The notes under the pieces were generated by a model, which was given only the letters and a program-made list of their open reading frames with translations, was not told the DNA's origin and did not search any database. Both the position numbers and the translations under genes were made by a program. A stretch of DNA of 64,000 nt from a virus. Positions 1-7,569 of this stretch are shown here, piece after piece (position 1 is the first letter of the stretch; the number at the start of each line of letters is the position of its first letter). The stretch lies in the IMG/VR virus record IMGVR_UViG_3300030329_003470, positions 64,001 through 128,000 of that record, one strand, 5' to 3'.

Positions 1-220
1 CTACTTCACCTAATACAGAGTAGCCTGAACTGATCTGGTCATTAAGTGTTTTAACTGCTTTGCCAATTTCGTTTACTGGGTAAACTCTTTGGTTAGCATT
101 TTTAATTCCACCTTGAATACAGATACCTTTCATGTACAAATCTTTGTTATCTTGGCCTTCGTGTAAGATCTGTACTCTCGCCTGATCGTATGTTAGGTGC
201 TCTCTAAGATAAAGTGACAT
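1..220 (-). CDS. gp21: Prohead core protease (T4 gp21-like), N-terminal part; runs off the window edge
   Basis: Manual translation from ATG at 220: MSLYLREHLTYDQARVQILHEGQDNKDLYMKGICIQGGIKNANQRVYPVNEIGKAVKTLNDQISSGYSVLGEV. The G-I-x-I-Q...N-x-N-x-R-x-Y...LGE pattern is typical of gp21. AAGGAG RBS at 228-233. Not in the ORF track. Confidence 0.85.
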   Translation of the reverse strand, partial: MSLYLREHLTYDQARVQILHEGQDNKDLYMKGICIQGGIKNANQRVYPVNEIGKAVKTLNDQISSGYSVLGEV

Positions 221-251
221 CTAAACTCTCCTTGTTTCCAATTATTGACAA

Positions 252-1193
252 TTACTTGCCAGAAATTGGAGATTTTGCAGATGCATCAGTACCATCTTTA
301 GTGTCAGCCTTCGCCTCACCTGCTGGTAAGTGTTTTTCTTGGCCTGGACTATTAGCAAATTTCCCCATTGCTTCTGCTTTTGGTGCCGCTCTTCCTTTGT
401 CTTCAGCGCCTGAACCAGTTTTTACTGGAGTTCCGCCCTGTTTAGCACCACCTGTTTTAACTGGAGATGATTTGTTATCTGCATGGTCTTTATTATCTGC
501 TGATTTTTTGTCTACGTATTCTTTAACAGTTTCTTTAGTTTCTGCTTTTGATTCAATAGACATTTCAGGTTGAGTTTCCTGTGCTGGAACAACTGGTTCT
601 AAAGATTCTTCTTCTTTGCCTTCTTCATCACCTTTGTCAGCCATCATTGCGTCAAATTCTGCTTTTAATTCGTCTAAAGCATCTTCTAAATCAACAACTC
701 TGTCTTCAACATCTTTGTCTTCACCGTTTTCTTCGCCGTCAGCATCCATATCAGCCGCCATATCGTCAGCCGCTTTATCGCCTTCGCCTTCTTCGTCAGC
801 AGAAATGTCTTTGATTAATTCATCAGTAGCGTCGCCACCAACTTCTTCAATTGACTCTTCTTCTGTTTTTTCAGACTCGTCTGTTTTTTCTTCTTCAGTA
901 GATTCAGTTTCTTTAACTGCTTCGTCTTTAGTTTCTTCTTTAGCAACTTCTTCTACTTTTTCTTCTGTAGACTCTGCCGACGCTTCAGTTTCTTTAACTT
1001 CTTCTTTGCTGTCTTCTTTAGTTTCTTCTTTAGTTTCTTCTACTTTGTCTTCTTTGTCTTCTGCTTTCTCTTCCGCTAAACCTTCGTAGATATCTCTTGA
1101 TTTTTCTACTACGATTTCATGGAAAAGTGCTTCTGCTTTGTCAGTTTCTTCGTTGATTAGTAATTCTAATAACGATTCAAATTTATTTGTCAT
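252..1193 (-). CDS. Highly acidic prohead core/scaffold-like protein
   Basis: 313 aa, very E/D-rich with a basic C-terminal tail; lies between portal and gp21 as T4 core genes do; AAGGAG RBS and TAAATA late promoter upstream. Confidence 0.6.
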   Translation of the reverse strand: MTNKFESLLELLINEETDKAEALFHEIVVEKSRDIYEGLAEEKAEDKEDKVEETKEETKEDSKEEVKETEASAESTEEKVEEVAKEETKDEAVKETESTEEEKTDESEKTEEESIEEVGGDATDELIKDISADEEGEGDKAADDMAADMDADGEENGEDKDVEDRVVDLEDALDELKAEFDAMMADKGDEEGKEEESLEPVVPAQETQPEMSIESKAETKETVKEYVDKKSADNKDHADNKSSPVKTGGAKQGGTPVKTGSGAEDKGRAAPKAEAMGKFANSPGQEKHLPAGEAKADTKDGTDASAKSPISGK

Positions 1194-1235
1194 TACACGT
1201 GCTCCTTTTATGCGATTTGTACTTATAAGCAGTAT

Positions 1236-1241
1236 TATTTA
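1236..1241 (-). promoter_or_regulatory. T4-type late promoter core TAAATA
   Basis: TAAATA on the minus strand upstream of the 1193 start; the same motif precedes about 12 structural genes in the window. Confidence 0.6.
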
Positions 1242-1289
1242 CTACAAATCGATAAAAACGGCGGTGTAATTGGTGTAAAAAGGCGTCTT

Positions 1290-1940
1290 TTATGAAGATT
1301 TTTTTTGTAGGTTGAATTTTGCTAGAAATTCTTCGATAGTAAGGTGTTTTAGATTTTCTCGCCAGTTAAGATCTTTAGGATTGAACCATCCTTTGGGGAT
1401 TACACGATAGAATTGTACGTCACCAAAATCTGCCAAACATTTTTTAGTTTGGTTCATCCAATTACCATAAAAAGTTGCTTCATCTTTGCTCTTTTTGTAG
1501 TTACGAGTGTCTTTGAACATATTATTAAACTTGTATCTATTGTTGTTTGAGTCTTTTGGAAGTCCTTGATAGTCAAAACCCAGTATGTATATCTCTTTGT
1601 GTTTGCGATCACAAGCCATTCTTAAAGCAGTTGGACCACTGCTCCATCCCAAACTAGGTTGGAACCATTTGACATGATCCAGCACTTTTTGAGTTTTATT
1701 GTACTGAGCATTGAAGTTTGACCACACTTGATTCTCTATAGGATAGTTACTTTCAGCAATTTCTAACACCATTTTAGGGTCTACTGCTATTAAAAAGTCG
1801 GGTTTATCCTTTCTATAAACACCATTACAGGCAAATACTTTGCCATGCTGTTTAAGATCTTCAATTTCAATGCCTGATCGAGACTCTCCATTTCCGAGAA
1901 CGAACGCAATCCCGTGATCAGTCCTATCTGGTTTTGCCAT
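1290..1940 (-). CDS. DUF115/Maf/sialyltransferase-like Rossmann-fold protein
   Basis: N-terminal AFVLGNGESR, then VFACNGVY, PDFLIAVD, WSSGPTA and IYILGFDY, which is the motif order of DUF115/Maf/CstII-like proteins. Confidence 0.5.
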   Translation of the reverse strand: MAKPDRTDHGIAFVLGNGESRSGIEIEDLKQHGKVFACNGVYRKDKPDFLIAVDPKMVLEIAESNYPIENQVWSNFNAQYNKTQKVLDHVKWFQPSLGWSSGPTALRMACDRKHKEIYILGFDYQGLPKDSNNNRYKFNNMFKDTRNYKKSKDEATFYGNWMNQTKKCLADFGDVQFYRVIPKGWFNPKDLNWRENLKHLTIEEFLAKFNLQKKSS

Positions 1941-2182
1941 TATAACTCTAAATTATCTGTTTCGGCTGGCTGTCCATACATTTTCTGGACAAATACTGCT
2001 TCTTCCTTTTGTTGCTCATCGTGTTCTTCAGATGATAATCTCATAGAGTTGATATCTTTGAGTGTAAGTCGAGTTTTTCTAGTATCGTCTTTGTCTAAAA
2101 TTGAAATATCTTGTTCTGGATCATACGTATTATCCTCTTTTGCACCTTCTGGTCCATATGTAAAGAATTCCATTAGTTTCAT
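1940..2182 (-). CDS. Small acidic hypothetical protein of the head operon
   Basis: 80 aa; TAAATA 5 nt upstream of its ATG; its stop overlaps the next ATG. Confidence 0.6.
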   Translation of the reverse strand: MKLMEFFTYGPEGAKEDNTYDPEQDISILDKDDTRKTRLTLKDINSMRLSSEEHDEQQKEEAVFVQKMYGQPAETDNLEL

Positions 2183-2187
2183 ATTCG

Positions 2188-2193
2188 TATTTA
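2188..2193 (-). promoter_or_regulatory. Late promoter core TAAATA
   Basis: Ends 5 nt before ATG 2182. Confidence 0.6.
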
Positions 2194-2196
2194 ACC

Positions 2197-3930
2197 TTAT
2201 GTAGGTGTTCCTCCACCTGTGCCACCTGGTATAACTCCTCCACCACCTGGTGTTGTGCCTGGTGCTCCTGCTCCTGGTTGTCCCGGTTCTGGTGCTTCTG
2301 GTTCTGCTGTTGGCTCTTCAAATTGGTCTAAATCCGAAGTAATACCTGCTTTGGATACTCCACCTGATCTAAGTTGAGCATTTTTGCTTTGTTTTCTTTG
2401 AGGTACATTGTTTTCTTCTGCCCACTGATCAGCATTTTGAGCCATTTCTTCTTCAGTAAGTCCAAGATATCTTTTTAACGCAAATCTTTTAGAAATATAA
2501 GGCAAGTCTGCTACCTGTACAAATGATTGAATTCTAGTTTGATCCATTTCTGTCTGTCTATACTGTGCAAAGTTTTGTGGTGGATTAAGTTTTAGTTCAA
2601 ACATACCATTGTCTATGTTGTAACCTTTGCTTTTTATCCACATTTTAAACTCTTCATCGAATGTTGGATTCAACATTGATTGTAATCTTGCACAATATTT
2701 GTTAAATCTTAATTCTTGAATGTATGCAGTACCTACTCTACCGTCATTGTACTGTTGTTGTGAATCATCTGGTCCAGTTGGCAAATAAGAACTTGGTATT
2801 CTTAAACCTCTGAACAGTTTGTTTGTAAAGAATTTAAGGTCATCTATTTCACCCAAGTTAGTACCACCCGGTAGTGTATCAACTTTAGATCCTCTTCCTT
2901 CTGCTGTTTGCGGAAAGAAGTAATCTTCATTAATACTCATTGGATTATAAGTTGCATCAATATAGTTGACACCACCTGATGTGCTTGGAATTCTTCTTTG
3001 ATTAATTTCGTTCTTGACTCTCTCAACGAATTGCATAGCCAAGTGTGTTGGCATATTACCTACGTCGATGTAAAATACTCTTCTTTCAGGTGCTCTTTGT
3101 ACCCTGTAAATGATAATTGCGTCTTCTAATAATTCTTTTTGTTTGTAAACTTTGAAAACTTGTTCTAATACTGACTGTCCAAACGGAAATAAGTTATCTA
3201 AACCATCTGACATTGACATATGTACAACGTGTTCTGCATTTATGTTGTACGCATTCATTGTTCTGTAGAATCTACCACCCGATGTTCCAGCAAATCCTGA
3301 CATATTGGCAGTTGCACCTGCGTTTGCATAACTTTGACCGTATGCCGCAGTACCACCACCTGTTGTTCCACCACCACCATATGTTTGATTGGGTGTAATT
3401 TGTGTTGCACTTAATCTTTGTAGGTTTGGATTGATATCTCTTACAACATATTGTTCAGGTTTTTTACCTTCTGATTCGTTAACAACTATTCTGTCAACTT
3501 TTGCGTTGTCAATGTACAACCATTTGTACGTTTCTGGATCTCTTACAAAGAAACAGTCTCCATATTTCAATGCATTTCTAAATATTCTAAAAATTCTTTT
3601 AGTAAGTTTGTTTGCTTTTGTCCATTGTTGAAGTGCTTTCTTTAAAAGTTTAACTTCGTGTTCTGTAGTTTCGTCTTTGAACACAATATCAAATGGAGTT
3701 TCGTTTTCTTTGTTTTGTTGTGTTGAAAATTCTGCAAGTATATCTAATGCCGCATTGATTTCTGAATCAGAATCCATTTGGTCATATTGAAAATATCTCT
3801 GTATTCTATTTGGATGTCCTGTGTAAACATCAGGCAAATAAGATGAGTAATTTCTCTTCGCAAAATTAGGTACTTTTTCTCCTGAAATTGGAGAAAGATT
3901 AGCGTCTTTAAAATATTTTTTCCAAGCCAT
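2197..3930 (-). CDS. gp20: Portal vertex protein (T4 gp20-like)
   Basis: Contains EDAIIIYRVQRAPERRVFYIDVGNMP, EDYFFP..EGRGSKVDTLPGG.NLGEIDD and GRVGTAYIQELRF, all diagnostic of T4-like portals; Pro/Gly-rich C-terminal tail. Confidence 0.92.
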   Translation of the reverse strand: MAWKKYFKDANLSPISGEKVPNFAKRNYSSYLPDVYTGHPNRIQRYFQYDQMDSDSEINAALDILAEFSTQQNKENETPFDIVFKDETTEHEVKLLKKALQQWTKANKLTKRIFRIFRNALKYGDCFFVRDPETYKWLYIDNAKVDRIVVNESEGKKPEQYVVRDINPNLQRLSATQITPNQTYGGGGTTGGGTAAYGQSYANAGATANMSGFAGTSGGRFYRTMNAYNINAEHVVHMSMSDGLDNLFPFGQSVLEQVFKVYKQKELLEDAIIIYRVQRAPERRVFYIDVGNMPTHLAMQFVERVKNEINQRRIPSTSGGVNYIDATYNPMSINEDYFFPQTAEGRGSKVDTLPGGTNLGEIDDLKFFTNKLFRGLRIPSSYLPTGPDDSQQQYNDGRVGTAYIQELRFNKYCARLQSMLNPTFDEEFKMWIKSKGYNIDNGMFELKLNPPQNFAQYRQTEMDQTRIQSFVQVADLPYISKRFALKRYLGLTEEEMAQNADQWAEENNVPQRKQSKNAQLRSGGVSKAGITSDLDQFEEPTAEPEAPEPGQPGAGAPGTTPGGGGVIPGGTGGGTPT

Positions 3931-3936
3931 ACTTTA

Positions 3937-5958
3937 TTATACTAGAGAACTACCTACATTTGCAAGATTATTTTTTGTGTCTTTGGTATTTTTCTCCGTC
4001 ATTGCCCCTATCGTTATTAATTTATTTAAGTGATTTGCCACCTTTTGGTTAGATTCGTTTAACTTGACTAACTCTGCTAGACTGCTTGTATGCACAGTTT
4101 GATCTTCTGCAACAGCAGTGGCTCCTGTACCAGTGGTTGTTGCTGTTGCTTTGTTTTTTAACTGTGTTAAAATAGTTAAAGCAGTACCAAACAAACTGTC
4201 TTTTGGTACAACTGCTTCTTCTCCGTGTAACATTGCCGGAGTTCCTGTGCCAAAATTTTGGAATCCGTCTGTTCCATCTTTAAATTGAAAATTTTTATAA
4301 CGTTTAATTTGAGCATTTATCCAATCGTCATGCTCAGGTGTACCTACTGGTGGTATTTCATGATAACCATAACTTTTGGCTTGTTCCTTGTAAGAATTGA
4401 AGTTACTGGAAGTTGAAGTTCCTGTTTCTGTGTTGTCTTTTTTGAAAAAGCCAGATTTAGAAACCCCGTCTATCCATGCATTTAATTTTGGTAAGGTTTC
4501 TTCTTGAAGTTTCCTCATACCTGTTTCTAATCCGCCCACTACGTCTAGCAACTTAGGCCCATCTTCGTATATAAAAGGTTTTAAAATTTTAAATCTTAAA
4601 TCTTCAAACTCAGTTTTTAATAAATCTGTTGTATCTCTTAATGACACTAAGGTCTCAATGTTGTCGCCTCGTGCAGTCATTTCTTTGTCTAAGTCTTCCG
4701 GATCAACTGCCGCTCCAATTGCCGCCACAACTGCGTTCAACGCCTCGGTAAATCCGCCACCGGCAAGTGCGGCATCACCAAACGCCTCGGCGTTCTGCAT
4801 CACATTACCTGATATGGTTTTGATGCTGTTCTGGAATGCAACTAGGTCTCCGGTATTCTGGAACTGTTTGATAGCCTCATTGAACGCACCGCCTGACATC
4901 GCTGTAAGTTCTCTGCTGGTGTCACTTATAGGTGCACCCAGTCCTATCACTTCTTTGGCCAGTTGTTGTAATGGTCCGGGTAACTGACTAATCCCTAGTG
5001 ATAATGTTTTAGCATCACCGGCCGCCATCTTGGATAACTGTGACTGGAATACGCCATCTGCCGCCATGGCCATGTTTTGGTTGTTTAATTCTTCAACACT
5101 TTGCCCTGTAAGTTTACTCAGTGTTACTAAATTTTTTGTGTATTCTCTTGTGCCATCCAACAATTGAGCCTGTGTAAATCTTGTTGTGTTACCTCTTGCT
5201 CTTTCTAATTCTAAAAAGGTTGTTAGATAACCAGAGGTATCCTCAAGTGTCAAACCAAATTTTGCAAATTCGTTTTGTGTTATATCTCTGAGACTTCTTG
5301 TAAGACCTGCAATTTGAGGCACACCCTGGTCCACCGAGCCAAACAGTTTTGCTAACATACCAGTATTAGAACCTATTAGATCGGTAAATTTTGCCAACGG
5401 CATTCCGGCGTCATATGATGCCTTTCTTAACATCACAATTGACGAACCAAACGATGCTCCTGATTTTGCTAGTTGCATAAACACTTCGGTGTTTGCATCA
5501 ACTTCTCTTCCCAACTCATTTATTAGTTTTCCAGCAACTGGTATATCTTCCATCCCTTCAAGTAAAGATTCAAGGTTACTAATGTCTTTTGTAACATCTG
5601 ATAAAGATATTGCTGTTTTGATCATTGCCGTACCAACGGCTACCACTGCATCTTTTAAAAAGCCTAAGGCACCTGACACTATTCCTAATGGTGTTGCCTT
5701 TAATGCCATTCCAAAGTTTTTTACATCTTTTTTACCGGCTTCTAGTGCATCACTAAATTCGTGTAGAGTACCCTCACCTGCTTTTACTTTTTTCTCGTAA
5801 TCAGTGTAAGTTCTATTCAGTACTTTTTGAAGGTTAACAAAAATCTTTTTAGATCTTGATTCTTTTAAAAGAGTCTTACTGGAACTGCTCATTGTCTTAG
5901 ACAATGCCGCAACTTCCTTACGCAATTTCTCCAGTTCTTCTGTTGTATCTTCTGCCAT
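3937..5958 (-). CDS. Tape-measure/baseplate-hub-like protein
   Basis: 673 aa, Ala/Gly/Leu-rich and helical, with a C-terminal FKDGT..GTPAMLHGEEAVVP motif common in tape-measure proteins; divergent from the gp26-like gene. Confidence 0.55.
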   Translation of the reverse strand: MAEDTTEELEKLRKEVAALSKTMSSSSKTLLKESRSKKIFVNLQKVLNRTYTDYEKKVKAGEGTLHEFSDALEAGKKDVKNFGMALKATPLGIVSGALGFLKDAVVAVGTAMIKTAISLSDVTKDISNLESLLEGMEDIPVAGKLINELGREVDANTEVFMQLAKSGASFGSSIVMLRKASYDAGMPLAKFTDLIGSNTGMLAKLFGSVDQGVPQIAGLTRSLRDITQNEFAKFGLTLEDTSGYLTTFLELERARGNTTRFTQAQLLDGTREYTKNLVTLSKLTGQSVEELNNQNMAMAADGVFQSQLSKMAAGDAKTLSLGISQLPGPLQQLAKEVIGLGAPISDTSRELTAMSGGAFNEAIKQFQNTGDLVAFQNSIKTISGNVMQNAEAFGDAALAGGGFTEALNAVVAAIGAAVDPEDLDKEMTARGDNIETLVSLRDTTDLLKTEFEDLRFKILKPFIYEDGPKLLDVVGGLETGMRKLQEETLPKLNAWIDGVSKSGFFKKDNTETGTSTSSNFNSYKEQAKSYGYHEIPPVGTPEHDDWINAQIKRYKNFQFKDGTDGFQNFGTGTPAMLHGEEAVVPKDSLFGTALTILTQLKNKATATTTGTGATAVAEDQTVHTSSLAELVKLNESNQKVANHLNKLITIGAMTEKNTKDTKNNLANVGSSLV

Positions 5959-5988
5959 ACGGGTTTATTTCACCTATTAATATACGCA

Positions 5989-5996
5989 TATAAATA
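5989..5996 (+). promoter_or_regulatory. Late promoter TATAAATA
   Basis: Exact T4 late consensus upstream of 6039. Confidence 0.7.
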
Positions 5997-6021
5997 TTGA
6001 CATATATACGCAATTAATGTA

Positions 6022-6029
6022 TATTTATA
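6022..6029 (-). promoter_or_regulatory. Late promoter TATAAATA
   Basis: Exact T4 late consensus on the minus strand upstream of 5958; a divergent pair with 5989-5996. Confidence 0.7.
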
Positions 6030-6038
6030 GAATAAAAA

Positions 6039-6896
6039 ATGACTGAAAATATCAACCCGTTACAAAAGTATTATAGACAACCAGCAATCTATATCAAACT
6101 GCCTTCTGAGGGCAGGTACTACGATAAAAACGTTTTTACACCGTCAGAAACAGGCGAAATACCAATATTGCCAATGACTGCAAAGGACGAACTGACATTT
6201 AAAACTCCTGATGCTATGATAAACGGTCAAGCCACAGTGGACGTGATTAAATCATGTGTGCCAAACTTGCTGGATCCGTGGAAAATGGTGAACTATGACA
6301 CTGACACAATTTTGTTAGCAATAAGAATTGCCACATATGGTGAAACAATGAATATTAAATTCGGCGTTCCAGTAACAGGTACTCAACAAGAACACACAGT
6401 CAACTTGTCTGCTATTCTAGAACAACTAGGAAAAGTCAAAATACAAGATTACGCAACAACATCCAAAGGATTTAAAATAAAAATTAATCCGTTGACATAC
6501 GATTCTCTAACAAAAATTCAAATAGCAAGATTTGAACAGCAAAAAATATACGGTACAATTAATTCCAGCACATTAACAGAAGAACAAAAACAAACAGCCT
6601 TTGCAAAAAGTTTTGAAACACTGAACACAGTTAATTTTAGTTTGTTGTTGGACTCAATTGGCGAAGTTACAACGCCTGATGGAATCACAGTTACTAACAG
6701 AGAACAAATTATTGAATTTTGTAACAAAGCAGATTCAAAAACAATAAAAGAAATTGAAGCAAAACTTTCGGAGTTGAGAGTACAAGCACAAACTCCACCA
6801 CAGAAACTTAAAGCAACAGATGAGCAAATAAAGGCAGGTGTCCCGGCAACTTATGAAGTACCAATGACATTTGACAACTCAAATTTTTTCGGATAA
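6039..6896 (+). CDS. Baseplate hub assembly protein (T4 gp26-like) / tail assembly chaperone
   Basis: NPLQKYYRQPAIYIKLPSEG..IPILPMTAKDE..D.ILLAIRIATYG pattern of gp26-like proteins; ends NFFG over a T-TTT-TTC slippery site. Confidence 0.6.
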   Translation: MTENINPLQKYYRQPAIYIKLPSEGRYYDKNVFTPSETGEIPILPMTAKDELTFKTPDAMINGQATVDVIKSCVPNLLDPWKMVNYDTDTILLAIRIATYGETMNIKFGVPVTGTQQEHTVNLSAILEQLGKVKIQDYATTSKGFKIKINPLTYDSLTKIQIARFEQQKIYGTINSSTLTEEQKQTAFAKSFETLNTVNFSLLLDSIGEVTTPDGITVTNREQIIEFCNKADSKTIKEIEAKLSELRVQAQTPPQKLKATDEQIKAGVPATYEVPMTFDNSNFFG

Positions 6897-6925
6897 CATT
6901 ACTGACAAAGTCGGATTCTGACATA

Positions 6926-7120
6926 GTGACCTACCTAAAGGATTTCGATAGTCAAGCAAAAAATATTAAATTAGAAATTCTAAAAGTGTGTTGGTTTATG
7001 AGAGGCGGTGTTACATGGCAAGAAGCATTGAATTTATCGCCTGAAGAACGTGAAATAGTGGCTGGATTGGTAAAGGAAAACATGGCTACTACCAAAAAAA
7101 CAGGTCAACCTTTCTTCTAA
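6926..7120 (+). CDS. gp51-like hub assembly protein, probably made as a -1 frameshift extension of 6039-6896
   Basis: CWFMRGGVTWQEALNLSPEEREIV resembles gp51/TAC C-terminal domains; the frame is open from 6875; the GTG start has only a weak RBS. Confidence 0.5.
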   Translation: MTYLKDFDSQAKNIKLEILKVCWFMRGGVTWQEALNLSPEEREIVAGLVKENMATTKKTGQPFF

Positions 7121-7127
7121 ATCATTA

Positions 7128-7133
7128 TATAAT
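7128..7133 (+). promoter_or_regulatory. Sigma70-like -10 box TATAAT, 6 nt before ATG 7140, with CAGGTC 21 nt upstream
   Basis: Same geometry as the site at 46891-46932. Confidence 0.4.
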
Positions 7134-7174
7134 ACTTTAATGGCAACTAAAAATCCGGATAATTACAGAACATT

Positions 7175-7495
7175 ATGTCTGAACGAGATCTAGTCAAAGA
7201 ACTCAAAACCCAAATCGCTGACCTGACTGTAGACAGAGACGAGGCACTAGCGAAAGTCAAAACCAAAGAGGCGAGACTTAAACAAGTTATGATCAAATTA
7301 GAACACGCCACGGGCGATGTACAGAATGTGGGTCATAGAGTTGCGGAAAGAGACAAAGAAATTGCCACACTAAAAGCCAAACTCGAAACCAAAGACAAGT
7401 TGTTACAAGATGCGTTAAAAAAAATTAAGGGCATATATGAAGACTCGACAGAAAAAGAAGAAGATCAAAAAGAAATCTCAGAAGACGAAGAGTAA
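7175..7495 (+). CDS. Coiled-coil hypothetical protein
   Basis: 106 aa with heptad-like K/E/L pattern and an acidic tail. Confidence 0.6.
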   Translation: MSERDLVKELKTQIADLTVDRDEALAKVKTKEARLKQVMIKLEHATGDVQNVGHRVAERDKEIATLKAKLETKDKLLQDALKKIKGIYEDSTEKEEDQKEISEDEE

Positions 7496-7568
7496 GAACA
7501 CTCAACCATTATCACCTGAAACTATCGGCAAACTACTTGCACAGTTAGGACCAATCAAAACCAACTAA
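7437..7568 (+). CDS. Possible 43-aa Lys-rich peptide overlapping the previous gene in the +1 frame
   Basis: MKTRQKKKKIKKKSQKTKSKNTQPLSPETIGKLLAQLGPIKTN; AAGGG upstream of the ATG; ends just before the hairpins at 7572. Confidence 0.3.
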   Translation: MKTRQKKKKIKKKSQKTKSKNTQPLSPETIGKLLAQLGPIKTN

Positions 7569-7569
7569 C

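Noticed and set aside
214-1089. Ser/Leu-rich plus-strand ORFs (214, 581, 616) and similar antisense ORFs throughout the track
   Set aside because: They are shadows of the E/K/D/T-rich genes on the opposite strand, with no RBS or motifs.
1213-1251. 9-bp inverted repeat CGATTTGTA/TACAAATCG flanking the late promoter
   Set aside because: It resembles T4 RBS-occluding hairpins, but the arm stops about 5 nt short of the SD; a single instance, so not enough to claim regulation.
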